Positions 53,596 to 64,000 of a stretch of 64,000 bases of DNA are shown one piece after another. This DNA is from a virus: IMG/VR virus record IMGVR_UViG_3300043427_003273, positions 1 to 64,000 of that record; one strand, written 5' to 3'. A program made the translations under genes and the position numbers. Under the pieces are notes generated by a model. It saw nothing but the letters and a program-made list of their open reading frames with translations, was not told where the DNA came from and did no database searches. Within the stretch, counting starts at the first letter, position 1; every line of letters starts with the position of its first letter.

Positions 53596-55035
53596 CTATG
53601 GTGTCCCAAATGGGTTAGTTTCTGAAAAATCTAGTATTTGATTTGCTTCATTTTGAATATCAAAATTGTCTGCATACTTATCTTCTTTATTTTCTTTATC
53701 CTGAGAATCCCCGAGATTATCAGTATTTATAATTCTCACTGGATAACTTGCCCCAGAAGTTTGCCCAACTAAGACATCTCCATCAACAAATTTACCACTA
53801 AGATTACCAACTTCAAGAATGTACGAAAGAATATTCCATCTTTTTACTCTGGCAGTTGTGCTACTTATTGTTCCAACCACCACTTCATTGAATAGATAAG
53901 TTCCTATTCCAGCATTGACTGGATTTCCAAAAACAATTTGAGGTACAGAAACATAATTTTTTCCAGCATCTGTAATATAAATTGCTGATATAGATCCTGT
54001 TGGAGTTAATCTTACCGTTGCTGCAGCTGAAATTGTAGTTCCTCCTCCAACAAAAGTAACAGATGGTCTGATAACATAACCAGATCCAGCATTTGTAAGT
54101 GTGATTACTCCAACTATGCCATTAGCAAGATATGCTTTTGCAGTCGCTCCTTGTCCACCACCTTCCAAAATAGCCACAGATGGAACTTGAGTATATCCAT
54201 ATCCAGTATCGATCAAATCAATTTTAGAAACTTTTGAAAGATTTGGATTTGGTTCACAGAAGTCTGGAAGGTTTTTTTGTAATGTTGCTGTTCCAATAGC
54301 ATTTCTTCCTCCTGCAATAAATGTAGGATATCCAGATCCTGCTGGTGCTGAAGAAATGGCAACAATTGGGTTTTCCGTATAACTACGACCCATGTTAGTA
54401 ACTTCTATATACCTGACACCAGAATTTACAATACCAGTAATAGCAGTTGCAGTTATTCCCACTCCCACCATCTGTAGTGTTTGTATATAACCTTCGTCTA
54501 TTAAATTGTCATCAACATATTCATATCCTGTATCGACAACTTCTCCTGCCTCATATCTGTAAAGTTCACACTTTAATTCATAAGTATAATTTCCTTTTAA
54601 TGGATAAAATGGTTGCTCATGCTCAACAAATTTTATTTCAAATAACCTATCTCCCAAAGGAAACCAAATTAAATCTCCTTCCTTTGGCCTATCTGGAAGT
54701 TTTATATCTGGAAGTTTTTCTATTAATGGAGTGATGTAAGTTTCAAATCTTTCTCTTGATATTGTCAAAGAAAGATCATCCATATCTTGGAGACCAAATT
54801 TTGACAAGATTGTTCCTTGTCCACCATACCCCTCATAATCATTAACATAAGCTTCTAGAGGATAGGCATTTCCAAATTCCGAATTTACAACCTCTTTCAT
54901 GATTGTATTTTCTTTTTTGAAAATTCTAGGTATATAATAAACCTCAACACCATACATTCTTAGTTGCTCATTAACTAAGTCTTGTATTAATCCTTGCTCG
55001 GATTTTGTGCCGTTAAGAAAAAATGGGTTTAACAT
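53596..55035 (-). CDS. gp14: neck protein (gp14)
   Basis: YG.EVYYIPR, PKEGDLI, DFSETNPFG. Confidence 0.92.
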   Translation of the reverse strand: MLNPFFLNGTKSEQGLIQDLVNEQLRMYGVEVYYIPRIFKKENTIMKEVVNSEFGNAYPLEAYVNDYEGYGGQGTILSKFGLQDMDDLSLTISRERFETYITPLIEKLPDIKLPDRPKEGDLIWFPLGDRLFEIKFVEHEQPFYPLKGNYTYELKCELYRYEAGEVVDTGYEYVDDNLIDEGYIQTLQMVGVGITATAITGIVNSGVRYIEVTNMGRSYTENPIVAISSAPAGSGYPTFIAGGRNAIGTATLQKNLPDFCEPNPNLSKVSKIDLIDTGYGYTQVPSVAILEGGGQGATAKAYLANGIVGVITLTNAGSGYVIRPSVTFVGGGTTISAAATVRLTPTGSISAIYITDAGKNYVSVPQIVFGNPVNAGIGTYLFNEVVVGTISSTTARVKRWNILSYILEVGNLSGKFVDGDVLVGQTSGASYPVRIINTDNLGDSQDKENKEDKYADNFDIQNEANQILDFSETNPFGTP

Positions 55036-55036
55036 A

Positions 55037-55855
55037 TTATCCTATCATATCTAATGGTGGAAGTTCGTATGTGGAGGACATTTTTTCCATTAAAGCATCA
55101 ATTTCTCTTTGAGCATCTTCATACAACTGTCTTCCATTAAACTCCAATCCACCTGGAAGTTTAACTCCTTGAAATTTCATTAAGTTTTGTCCCCATTGTC
55201 TTTTTATCAAAGAAGTTGTGTATTGCTTTAAAAAATTATCATTCCAAACTTTTGTATACTCTGAAGGATCCATTAATCTATCGCAATCTATTATTAAATA
55301 ATTATCTGGTTTTAATGATTTCCAATCGACATCCAAATATAATCTTCCTTGTCTTTTATTAAATCGTATTTGTTTTTCTGTTGTCAAAAGCCAATTAATA
55401 TCTTCAAGATATGTTTTTGTCATTGCGTATGTCAAAAGATCCAATGACCCCCAATGATAAACATCATTTAAAAACAATTGATATCTAATACTGAACAAAC
55501 CTGCCGATAATGTATTATCACCTTCAAATTTAAATATTTTTCTTACTCCTAAGACATGGGGAGGCAATTGTATATAATTAGCATTTTCATAATAGTTATA
55601 ATTTCCAACACTAATTGTACTTATTCCTGGTCCAGTTGGAGGTTTTGAAGTTCCTCTATCAATATCTGCTTGCGATAATTTGTACTTCAAAAAAGTAGAA
55701 TAAGAACCATCATAACATCTTTCATTAAAAAGTTGTAATGCATCATCTACCAAGTCTTCAATTTGTTCTTCTGCTACGTTAATTTCAAGAACTGGCGCTC
55801 CAAGTTTTCTTAAGCAATAATCAATAAATTCTTGTCTTGTTGAAGGTTGTGCCAT
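55037..55855 (-). CDS. gp13: neck protein (gp13)
   Basis: LRKLGAPVLEINV, KRQWGQNL.KF, LPGG. Confidence 0.94.
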   Translation of the reverse strand: MAQPSTRQEFIDYCLRKLGAPVLEINVAEEQIEDLVDDALQLFNERCYDGSYSTFLKYKLSQADIDRGTSKPPTGPGISTISVGNYNYYENANYIQLPPHVLGVRKIFKFEGDNTLSAGLFSIRYQLFLNDVYHWGSLDLLTYAMTKTYLEDINWLLTTEKQIRFNKRQGRLYLDVDWKSLKPDNYLIIDCDRLMDPSEYTKVWNDNFLKQYTTSLIKRQWGQNLMKFQGVKLPGGLEFNGRQLYEDAQREIDALMEKMSSTYELPPLDMIG

Positions 55856-55879
55856 GTCTTTGAATTGGATTAAAAATAT

Positions 55880-56119
55880 TTATTTTGATAATAAAGATTT
55901 TAATAAGTCTTTTATTTCGTTTAAATTATCTTTCATTTCAGTTACATCACTTTCTAATTTTTTAATTCTATTGATTTCATTATATTTTCTTTTATAATTT
56001 TCAATATAAGTTCTATATTCAGATTCGTTCACATTTATAATTCCAGTATTTTGACTATCCCTAACCAAATTTGGGTTTCCTTGAACTTCAATAAATTCAT
56101 GAGAATCATTATTTTTCAT
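55880..56119 (-). CDS. small coiled-coil hypothetical protein
   Basis: VQGNPNLVRD...IIN then a coiled coil; upstream of gp13. Confidence 0.75.
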   Translation of the reverse strand: MKNNDSHEFIEVQGNPNLVRDSQNTGIINVNESEYRTYIENYKRKYNEINRIKKLESDVTEMKDNLNEIKDLLKSLLSK

Positions 56120-56123
56120 ATCA

Positions 56124-59100
56124 TTAAATTGATGGTTTAAGTGTTGCAATTCCTCTCAAATCTTTTATTAAAGGTGGTTGAGCTTGATTCTTGGAGGCCA
56201 AAATAATTTTTATAGCAAATCCAGTGAATTCTGAAAGATTATCTACAGTATATTCATAATCACTGTATTCAAGTCCAACAGAAAATGTATCCTCAGAATC
56301 GGCAGATCCATCATTCTTCGATGCATCTATTACTCTTTTTATTCCAGAAGAATCTACTTCATAATTTGAGAATCCTGGGAATGGTTCAAAATTTGGATTT
56401 CCAAATGGCGCATCTTTCCTGAAAAGTTTATATAAAACTCTAATATCATTATCTTGATTTCTAGATGCTTTTAAGAATACTTTGAGAGAATTTGCAGGAA
56501 GTTTTAAAGTTATTGGCTTTGTAATATAAACTGCTTCATGGAGGTCATCACCACCTCTAATATATTCAACATCACCGAATGTAGAATCTTTTCCAACTCC
56601 CGCAGGTGCATTAATGAGATTTGAGGTTAGTATTACACTAGTTGTAACATCATCAATTACTGGAGATACTCTACTATCTTCTGTTGTTAAAGTAATTTCC
56701 ATAGAAAGACTTCTATTTCCAGGAACATCACTAATATTTCTTTCTTCATTTACAGTAGAAGCAACTAATCTAGGAGTTGGGAAAGATATTGGTTGATCAA
56801 GTGAAATATCAACATATCCTTGATCTTCAAATGAAGATTCATTTCCATCAATACTTGTTGCACTAAATGTACGAACCTTTGCACTTATATTTGTTCTTGC
56901 AAGTTTAATAGTGGCAAAATTTGGTGTCAAAATTTCATATTGAACATTTGTAGAAACAATTGGACCAGAATCTCCAAGTATAGATGTGCTATTAAAAATA
57001 ACATCATTTCCAATATTTGAACCTATTGTTGTATTTGGATCTACATTATTGTCAGTATCACCTGGTGGAATTTTAATATAGAATGAATTTAAAGATATTG
57101 GATGAGTGTTCGTATCAATTGATGCTAAATTATGTACTTTATTAATTCTTCTTAAAGAGACTCCATTAAATTCATACCTGTAAACTGGAACGCCAACATT
57201 ATACGACTGGGATTCTGTTCCATCAACTTTTCTTATCACAGTTTGAGAACCTCCTCCCAAAGAAGTTCCTGTATAAGTTGTATATCCAACTATTTCATTT
57301 CCAATAATTACATAACCAGGATTTATATTAGTAACTGGAGTGCCTTCAAAGGTTTCAAATCCACTAGTATTCCCAATATTGATTAAAGTAGTCTCAGTAG
57401 ATGATACGGATTCTGCCAATAAACTATTTGGCTCATCTTCTTCTGGTCTAATGTTGCTAATTCTTACATAATTTTGAGTTGAATGCATTCCATGATTTAC
57501 AACATTGAGTAGTAAATGCTGACCATCGTAGATTGGGTTTTGATCTACAATTTCAACGATTGATTCTGATTCCGTTACATAAGTACCGATCCCACTTTGT
57601 GGTATATAGTAAATAGGCAATGAGTTAAACAAGGTTCCACTTAAAGAACCAGGACTTTTAACAATATTATCTAATATTAAAGTGTTTCTAATTGAAATTG
57701 AATTTACAGTAAATTCCCCACCAAATCCAACATCAGTTCCTATTGATGGAATAGTCAATTGATCTCCAGATTGATATCCATATCCACCACTAGTTATATT
57801 TGCATAAGAAATAACACCATTATTTACAGTAATATCGGCAAAAGCACCTTTTCCAGATCCAGTTACAGATATCAAAGATACATTGTTAAATGTATATGTT
57901 CCAGATGTTGGAGTATATCCTATTCCTGGATTTGAAACAGTAATTCCAATGCCAGATGCTATACTTCCCCCAATTCCAATTAATTTTGAAGTAGATTGTC
58001 CTTGTTGATATATTGTAACTCCTGGTAAGACATCTGGTTTGAAATTTTCAGTACCTTGAACTTTTACTACTGCCCTTTTTGATAAGCATGTTATTTGATT
58101 TTCACCCAAAACAGTAACTTTATTATTTTTCAAAGAAAGTTTAGGATTGTAATATCTAACAACGCCGCTATTAACAAAATCTGCCCTATAAAGTTTATAC
58201 TTTAAATCTTCTAATTGAGATGGAGTCCAAGTCGTTCCATTTTGAGATTTAAACAAACTCCCCAGAGTTGGCTGAGATCCTATTTTTATATTGGTTAAAA
58301 TGTCATTTTCACCAAGTCTTGAAATAAACACTCTATAATTGGAACTATTCGACTGCAAAACTACAGAATATTCATTGCTCACTTCACTTGCAATAGGAGC
58401 TCCTCTAACTTCTTGAGCCTGTGGACCAGAAAGATATACTGGAGATGCAAATCTAAATCTTGTTGGTAAAGTCCCATCAATTGATGTATTAATTTCTGAA
58501 GGATCCAGAGTAACTTCTGAGAAAGGTAAAACGGTATTTGTAGGAGTTCCATTTTCCATTGTACGAATCTGTAAAGTTACTGGAATAGACTCGTCAATAG
58601 TTTCAAAATAAACATCAACACCCGTTAAGAATATTCCAGTTTCGTCTTTAACATAAAACGACTGTGCCAATGGATCTCTAACTTCCCATCTAGTTGTCAA
58701 TCTATCTTCTCTTCCCTGAATTCTTGTATTAGTAATTGCAGTTGTATTCGTTGTTGTATTTGTTATAGTTGTTGTGTTGACATTTCTAGATGGTCTAATA
58801 ATTATATTTCTTGTTGTTAAAATATTTCTTTGCGTCACATTCGTAGTAGAAGAAGAAGTAAAATCTTCTTCCGCAGAACTTTCATTTGTAACGTTCTGAT
58901 CTCCAGACGAAAGTTCGGAAAGTGATGGAGTATCAATGATTGTAAATGTATTTTCTCCATTAATCCACTGTGGATTTCCAGTAACCTTTGAATCTGGAAT
59001 ATACAATGATCCGATTAATCTTCCAGTATTATCAGAAACTAATCTTGAATTTGTAATTCTTGCAACTGCTCCAGAAGTTTTCCCAATGATTCTCATATTA

Positions 59101-62100
59101 ATAGCAATTTCACCATAAAAATCAACTTCGGATGATAATTGCAAAGATCTTGTATCAACATTAATATAATCAGATGCTTCAGTATAATTTTCTGGTGGAG
59201 CACTTTGTCTATATGGAATTAATTTAAATGTTTCTGTTGGATTTGCAAAGGGACCAGTTTTATGGTTTGGATTACATGCTCTAAATCTAATCTTTTTAGA
59301 TGTGAAGTGAGGATCACTTTCTATTGTTTCTCCAATTTGGAATTTTCCAGAAATCATTTCTATTTCAAGAAGTTTTGGAATAATATACTTATTAACATCA
59401 ATTCCTTCAAAGAATGAATAAAATCTTGTTCTTGGTCGCAATCCTTTAACATCAAATTCAATATTTCTACTTCTTAAAAATCTAGTTGGCTCGGTGAAGT
59501 TTGAAATATTTTCTTCAACAGTTGTTTCTTCTCTAATTTCTGGTGGTATAGTAGTTCTTACAGTGTTACTTTCAGAAACTACCGATGTAGTTATGGATTC
59601 AGTAACTCTCGTAATGTCTGGAGATCCTGGAGCATAGTTGAGGAAAATAGCTTGATTTGGTGTTCTTTGACGAATTTGAGTTATATAAGAATCCGCAACA
59701 TCCCTGGGAAGAATTCTAGAGAGCCAATTTATGTCAGCTTCTGTAATTCCCCACTTATAAGCTCTAAATTGTACAGCTTGCCTACCATTAACATTTACGA
59801 CAGTTGTGGAAAGACCTCTTGTGTTATATCTGAAAGATTCTACCCAATTAGCGTTTCTCCAATTGCGATTTCCTCTGGCCCATCCAGCTCTTCTCCAAAA
59901 ACTCCCATTAGAAGTAATCCATCTTCTTCTCCAAATACCTCTTTGTGTAACAACTTCGTTTCTAAAAACAACCTGATTTCTAATTACATTACGAGTAACT
60001 GATACATTGATATCTGGTTCTTGGGGTAAATTTGTAGTTCTTGTGTTAAAACTTTGATTTACAATTTCTCTTTCTTCAATCCAAGTATCACTTGGGGGGT
60101 TAAGTTGTATAGAACCAGACCAATACTTGACCAAAAATGGAGTTACACTTTCAGTTCTAGTAGCATAAGGTTGATTGAAATATTCAAGATCTTGATAATT
60201 TAATGTTATTAAATCTCCAGTTTTTCTTATCCCGTCAGATCCAAGATCTGACACATAATCATGATCCTTTGTTGGATCAAATGTTTCTCCAACTCCAGAA
60301 ATAACCTCAGATCCCAACTGCATATCGAGTGAAGTTGTATAATGAGTTGGTCTTAAAACATTTAATTGATCATCGATAGATACTTTATAATCTGGATCTT
60401 CTTCATTATGTAAATTTGTATTTTTGAATGTATCCACAAAAAATCCGCACTTAAACCGCTCCAATCCAGTATCTGCATCTTTTATACTTAAATTTTCGGT
60501 TTTAGTTTCTAATGTTGTTAATATAGTAAATTCTTCTAATCTTTTAATTCTATCTTCAAGAAGAGAAATATCTTGCATGGTATATTTTCTGTGCCTCTCA
60601 ACACTCACTTCAATGTTTTGAACATTAAAAACATATGGAGGAAGATTTACTTTAGCAATTTCTAATGAATTGTCTGGAACATCTGGCTCAATAGGACGTA
60701 TTCCAGGTGTGCCTTGAATAATTGAAAAAGTTCCGTCAGAATTCAGTACAACTTTATCAATTCTTCCAACGTAGTATTTGTAGCAAACTTGAATATTTTC
60801 TCCTGGAGCTAAAATATATTTTGAATATTGTCCATCTGCAGACAACTCTCTAGATGAAAATTCAAATGGTGATTTATGAGATGAAAGATTATATTTAGAT
60901 ACTCTTGGTCTTAAATCCAAATAATCACTAACTCTATTATCATTATAAATTGGTATATCATGCTTAAAGTTATTTTCGGAATAACTATTAGCAGTAAAAA
61001 TTTCTCCAGTGTCTGATGAATCTACGGAATAATGTTGGAAAACAACCTTTAATGATTTTTTAGGCTCCTCAACATTTTTCTTTCTAATCAATTTTCCATA
61101 ATTATAATATGATGATGTTTGTCCATTATCAAGATCAAAATTTTGAGTAATATTTCTATCTCCCAAAGATATTGAATTGATATTAGTTCTTAATGAAGAT
61201 TCTTTTGCTATTAAAACCTCACCATTTTCAAATGTTTTAGAATTTAAATAAACAAATTCCAAAACATTCGTGTCAACTTTACTGACCAATAAGGCAGCAG
61301 CTCCACTTGTTTCTCCTATGAGATTTTCTCCAACAATATAGCTCTGTGCATTAGATCCAGTAATTTGAAGACTTGGTAAAGTAGCATCATTTTCGTTACT
61401 AGATTCAAATACACCTATTACTCTAACAACATCTGGAATATTCAAACATATTTCTTTATCTTGTATTCTAGTTCCATAAATTAAACTATATGTTAAACCA
61501 TCATTAAATGTTGTTTGACCTATTCCAGCATATGGATATTTTGATCTCTTAATGTTTAAAACTTCTGCTTTATTGAATTTTTTAATTTTTGAATTTAATG
61601 TAGTATTAGTGATAGTGGCAATAACATCAGCAGATCCAATTGTCTGAGATAGATCAACAAATGTTGCTGTTTTACCAGAAGAATCTATGCTAAATTTATC
61701 AAATCTAATTGATTCTTTATTTCCATTTGAATATGTTATAACATACCTATCTTCATCAAATTCAGCAAAGAAAAGATCTTCTTCCGATGGACTAATAGTA
61801 ATTGAAAGTTGATTTCCACTTACTGGAACATTTTTAAATAATCTTCTTTGAGTTATTAAATTGTTTTCAATGTTTATTGACGAAATATTAATGTTACTTA
61901 ATTTTGTTAGTAAAGATTCACTATCTGGAGAACCATAAATTGATGCAGAAACTTTTTGAATATTAGTAACTTGATCATCTGAATTGGTAGTATTAACACC
62001 ACCAGAAATATAATTTGTTACAGTGGCTATTCCAGTTACAGTAAATGATTTTCCTTCTGGATCAATTGTTAAAACTTTATTGTAAGTTGGAATTTGAGTT

Positions 62101-64000
62101 CCATCTAAACCTTCTGGAGCTCTAGTATAATTCCAAAGAATTATATCATTTTCCTTTAGATTTTCAGTTATTCTTCCGAATGATATTGAAGATATTGTTG
62201 ATATTCCATTGTATGCCGCACTTACAGTAAAAAGAGTTCCAGATGGAGCTAAAGATGCTTTTTTATCTAGTATTAAATCTGCATTAAAAGTTGAAATTCC
62301 AGAATTTGAGTAAACAGATTTTACATCATTAAGATCATATTCTATTACATTTTTAATTACTCTTCCTTGTTCTATTCCATTAATTATAACTCTTTCGTTT
62401 TTTAAGAATTTTCCATTAACTTCATATAATCTTATTGTTGAAATTCCAACCAATCCAGAATCCAATTTTGTCCAAACTGCAGATGTTGGTCCAGAATAAT
62501 AGTTTTCTGCAGTTACTCCAGATAGAGTAAAAACATTTTGATTTATGATAGTATCAACAGTAAAATTGCCATTGTAATTTGAATTACTTGAATTTTCAAT
62601 ATAAATGTCTTCCCCTCCAACTAATCCATGATTAGTTGCATTAATTCTTGCAATTTCAGTACTTTCCGTAAAATTTCCAAATCCAGAAGGATTGTCAAAT
62701 AAATCCGATGGCTGATCTCCACCAATCCCTTCATTAATGTCAATTACAATTCCTTGTCCAGCATCTGCTAAAGCTGTAGTTCCCAATCCAACTACTGGAA
62801 TAACTACATTACTTACCGATAAAACCGTAAATTTTCCTGCAGTTTGATAGTCTAGCTGTTCTTCACCAGTTCCATTAATATAAATTTTTTCTCCAGGACT
62901 CAAATTATGATTTGTTGGGGTAGTTATTGTTGCTATTCCAATTGGAGAGAAAAAGGCACTTTCTATTCCAACTGTATTAAATGTTGCCGAAGTTATATCT
63001 ACTAATGGTGAAAAATCTAAAGCATGTGCAGTTGCTCCAGATTTTGCGCCTTGAAAATGTGAGGGTTTAAATACTGGTATAGATTTTTCAAAATTTAGAA
63101 CCGTGTATGTTTGAATATCAAACAATCTAAGATGCATTCTACTTAAATTATCTTTATATTCACTCTCTGGAACATAATCATAAACTCTTGCAACTCCAAT
63201 TGTAGTTCCAGAAGCAACTGACCTATTTAAACCAAGTCTATCTGTCATTAAACTTATAACTGCATCTGTTCCCAATCCTACAGATGGAGATCCAAAAGTA
63301 TTATTGAGAACAAATAATGTGCCAGCATTATAAGAAATTACTTCTTTTTTGCAAGTATCTGAAGTTCTTGGTTTTGGAGCATCTAAAAGTCTTGCTGATA
63401 TGGTTTCTACAGTGTATCCACCAATGTATGCTTTTCCTGGTCCAATTTGATAAACTATTTTGTCTTCGGATGGAGTATTTCCAGATACAGTTGTTTGATT
63501 GCTAAAATAAACACCGTTATTCAAAATGCCATCATTAAGACTATCCCTCACATAAACAGTAAATGGCTTTACAAAAAAGTCACCACTTACATCAGCAATA
63601 ACTTTAGCGGATTCAGTCTTTGCCGCAAGAACTGGCTTTATTTCAGAAATATTTGTTCTGGGAAATTGAGGAATTCCATCAACTACTCTCATTATTTCCA
63701 CAAATCCATCAATTTCAATATCATCCAATTCTTTTTTTGCAAGAATTAATTCCAATTTAAGTCGGTCTGCCCCAGGTGCTGTATAATTGGTAAAACTTCT
63801 TGCATTGTCAAATAAAGAATCATCTTCATCTGATGTAACTATTCTTTCTATAATATCAAACCCAATTTTATATGAAGGATTTGTATTATATTGCTCAAGG
63901 ACTAAAGATTGTCCCAATATGTTTGCAAATATGCCCCTAACAAAACATACTCCATCAGAAATAGATACTGAAGATGCCTTTGAATTGCAATTTATTGAAA
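56124..64000 (-). CDS. giant virion structural protein (DUF4815/VrlC-like), 5' end outside window
   Basis: APGADRLK, RFKCGFFVD.F, DPLAQSF, SLFKSQNG.TW; frame stays open to the window edge. Confidence 0.85.
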   Translation of the reverse strand, partial: SINCNSKASSVSISDGVCFVRGIFANILGQSLVLEQYNTNPSYKIGFDIIERIVTSDEDDSLFDNARSFTNYTAPGADRLKLELILAKKELDDIEIDGFVEIMRVVDGIPQFPRTNISEIKPVLAAKTESAKVIADVSGDFFVKPFTVYVRDSLNDGILNNGVYFSNQTTVSGNTPSEDKIVYQIGPGKAYIGGYTVETISARLLDAPKPRTSDTCKKEVISYNAGTLFVLNNTFGSPSVGLGTDAVISLMTDRLGLNRSVASGTTIGVARVYDYVPESEYKDNLSRMHLRLFDIQTYTVLNFEKSIPVFKPSHFQGAKSGATAHALDFSPLVDITSATFNTVGIESAFFSPIGIATITTPTNHNLSPGEKIYINGTGEEQLDYQTAGKFTVLSVSNVVIPVVGLGTTALADAGQGIVIDINEGIGGDQPSDLFDNPSGFGNFTESTEIARINATNHGLVGGEDIYIENSSNSNYNGNFTVDTIINQNVFTLSGVTAENYYSGPTSAVWTKLDSGLVGISTIRLYEVNGKFLKNERVIINGIEQGRVIKNVIEYDLNDVKSVYSNSGISTFNADLILDKKASLAPSGTLFTVSAAYNGISTISSISFGRITENLKENDIILWNYTRAPEGLDGTQIPTYNKVLTIDPEGKSFTVTGIATVTNYISGGVNTTNSDDQVTNIQKVSASIYGSPDSESLLTKLSNINISSINIENNLITQRRLFKNVPVSGNQLSITISPSEEDLFFAEFDEDRYVITYSNGNKESIRFDKFSIDSSGKTATFVDLSQTIGSADVIATITNTTLNSKIKKFNKAEVLNIKRSKYPYAGIGQTTFNDGLTYSLIYGTRIQDKEICLNIPDVVRVIGVFESSNENDATLPSLQITGSNAQSYIVGENLIGETSGAAALLVSKVDTNVLEFVYLNSKTFENGEVLIAKESSLRTNINSISLGDRNITQNFDLDNGQTSSYYNYGKLIRKKNVEEPKKSLKVVFQHYSVDSSDTGEIFTANSYSENNFKHDIPIYNDNRVSDYLDLRPRVSKYNLSSHKSPFEFSSRELSADGQYSKYILAPGENIQVCYKYYVGRIDKVVLNSDGTFSIIQGTPGIRPIEPDVPDNSLEIAKVNLPPYVFNVQNIEVSVERHRKYTMQDISLLEDRIKRLEEFTILTTLETKTENLSIKDADTGLERFKCGFFVDTFKNTNLHNEEDPDYKVSIDDQLNVLRPTHYTTSLDMQLGSEVISGVGETFDPTKDHDYVSDLGSDGIRKTGDLITLNYQDLEYFNQPYATRTESVTPFLVKYWSGSIQLNPPSDTWIEEREIVNQSFNTRTTNLPQEPDINVSVTRNVIRNQVVFRNEVVTQRGIWRRRWITSNGSFWRRAGWARGNRNWRNANWVESFRYNTRGLSTTVVNVNGRQAVQFRAYKWGITEADINWLSRILPRDVADSYITQIRQRTPNQAIFLNYAPGSPDITRVTESITTSVVSESNTVRTTIPPEIREETTVEENISNFTEPTRFLRSRNIEFDVKGLRPRTRFYSFFEGIDVNKYIIPKLLEIEMISGKFQIGETIESDPHFTSKKIRFRACNPNHKTGPFANPTETFKLIPYRQSAPPENYTEASDYINVDTRSLQLSSEVDFYGEIAINMRIIGKTSGAVARITNSRLVSDNTGRLIGSLYIPDSKVTGNPQWINGENTFTIIDTPSLSELSSGDQNVTNESSAEEDFTSSSTTNVTQRNILTTRNIIIRPSRNVNTTTITNTTTNTTAITNTRIQGREDRLTTRWEVRDPLAQSFYVKDETGIFLTGVDVYFETIDESIPVTLQIRTMENGTPTNTVLPFSEVTLDPSEINTSIDGTLPTRFRFASPVYLSGPQAQEVRGAPIASEVSNEYSVVLQSNSSNYRVFISRLGENDILTNIKIGSQPTLGSLFKSQNGTTWTPSQLEDLKYKLYRADFVNSGVVRYYNPKLSLKNNKVTVLGENQITCLSKRAVVKVQGTENFKPDVLPGVTIYQQGQSTSKLIGIGGSIASGIGITVSNPGIGYTPTSGTYTFNNVSLISVTGSGKGAFADITVNNGVISYANITSGGYGYQSGDQLTIPSIGTDVGFGGEFTVNSISIRNTLILDNIVKSPGSLSGTLFNSLPIYYIPQSGIGTYVTESESIVEIVDQNPIYDGQHLLLNVVNHGMHSTQNYVRISNIRPEEDEPNSLLAESVSSTETTLINIGNTSGFETFEGTPVTNINPGYVIIGNEIVGYTTYTGTSLGGGSQTVIRKVDGTESQSYNVGVPVYRYEFNGVSLRRINKVHNLASIDTNTHPISLNSFYIKIPPGDTDNNVDPNTTIGSNIGNDVIFNSTSILGDSGPIVSTNVQYEILTPNFATIKLARTNISAKVRTFSATSIDGNESSFEDQGYVDISLDQPISFPTPRLVASTVNEERNISDVPGNRSLSMEITLTTEDSRVSPVIDDVTTSVILTSNLINAPAGVGKDSTFGDVEYIRGGDDLHEAVYITKPITLKLPANSLKVFLKASRNQDNDIRVLYKLFRKDAPFGNPNFEPFPGFSNYEVDSSGIKRVIDASKNDGSADSEDTFSVGLEYSDYEYTVDNLSEFTGFAIKIILASKNQAQPPLIKDLRGIATLKPSI

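Noticed and set aside
6452-63749. Numerous plus-strand ORFs (e.g. 7795..8340, 24906..25406, 42658..43101, 51382..51831)
   Set aside because: Antisense shadows of strong minus-strand genes; F/S/I/L-rich translations reflect the codon bias of the real strand
1-64000. CRISPR array, integrase or transposase, reverse transcriptase, stop-codon recoding, psbA/psbD
   Set aside because: None seen by eye; core genes translate full length in the standard code and no suppressor tRNA is present

Overview
A 64 kb segment of an AT-rich T4-like cyanomyophage genome (Kyanoviridae-type). Essentially every credible gene is on the minus strand. In transcription order (right to left) the window holds: a partial giant virion protein; neck, tail and packaging genes (gp13-gp20); head genes (gp21-gp23); gp3, uvsY, uvsW, late sigma gp55 and gp47/46; the replisome (gp45, gp44, gp62, regA, gp43, uvsX, gp41); mazG; a block of late virion or internal proteins; primase gp61; nrdAB; a GIY-YIG nuclease; a signal-peptide lysozyme; cpeT; a six-tRNA cluster; small ORFs; and the start of gnd. 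Sigma70-type promoters, T4 late promoters (TATAAATA-like) and intrinsic terminators are readable. The most interesting non-obvious signals are: (1) a likely -1 frameshift or slippage at an A9 run that gives a 42-aa start-less extension to a 785-aa virion protein; (2) three structured ncRNA candidates inside the tRNA cluster, two of them bracketed by tRNAs; (3) proteins with T4 capsid-targeting-like N-termini and modular, probably gp21-cleaved polyproteins; (4) late promoters embedded in hairpins or terminators; (5) a divergent antisense promoter upstream of gp55; (6) four Sm-like paralogs; (7) several micro-ORFs missing from the ORF track. All family assignments come from motif recognition and synteny, not database searches.
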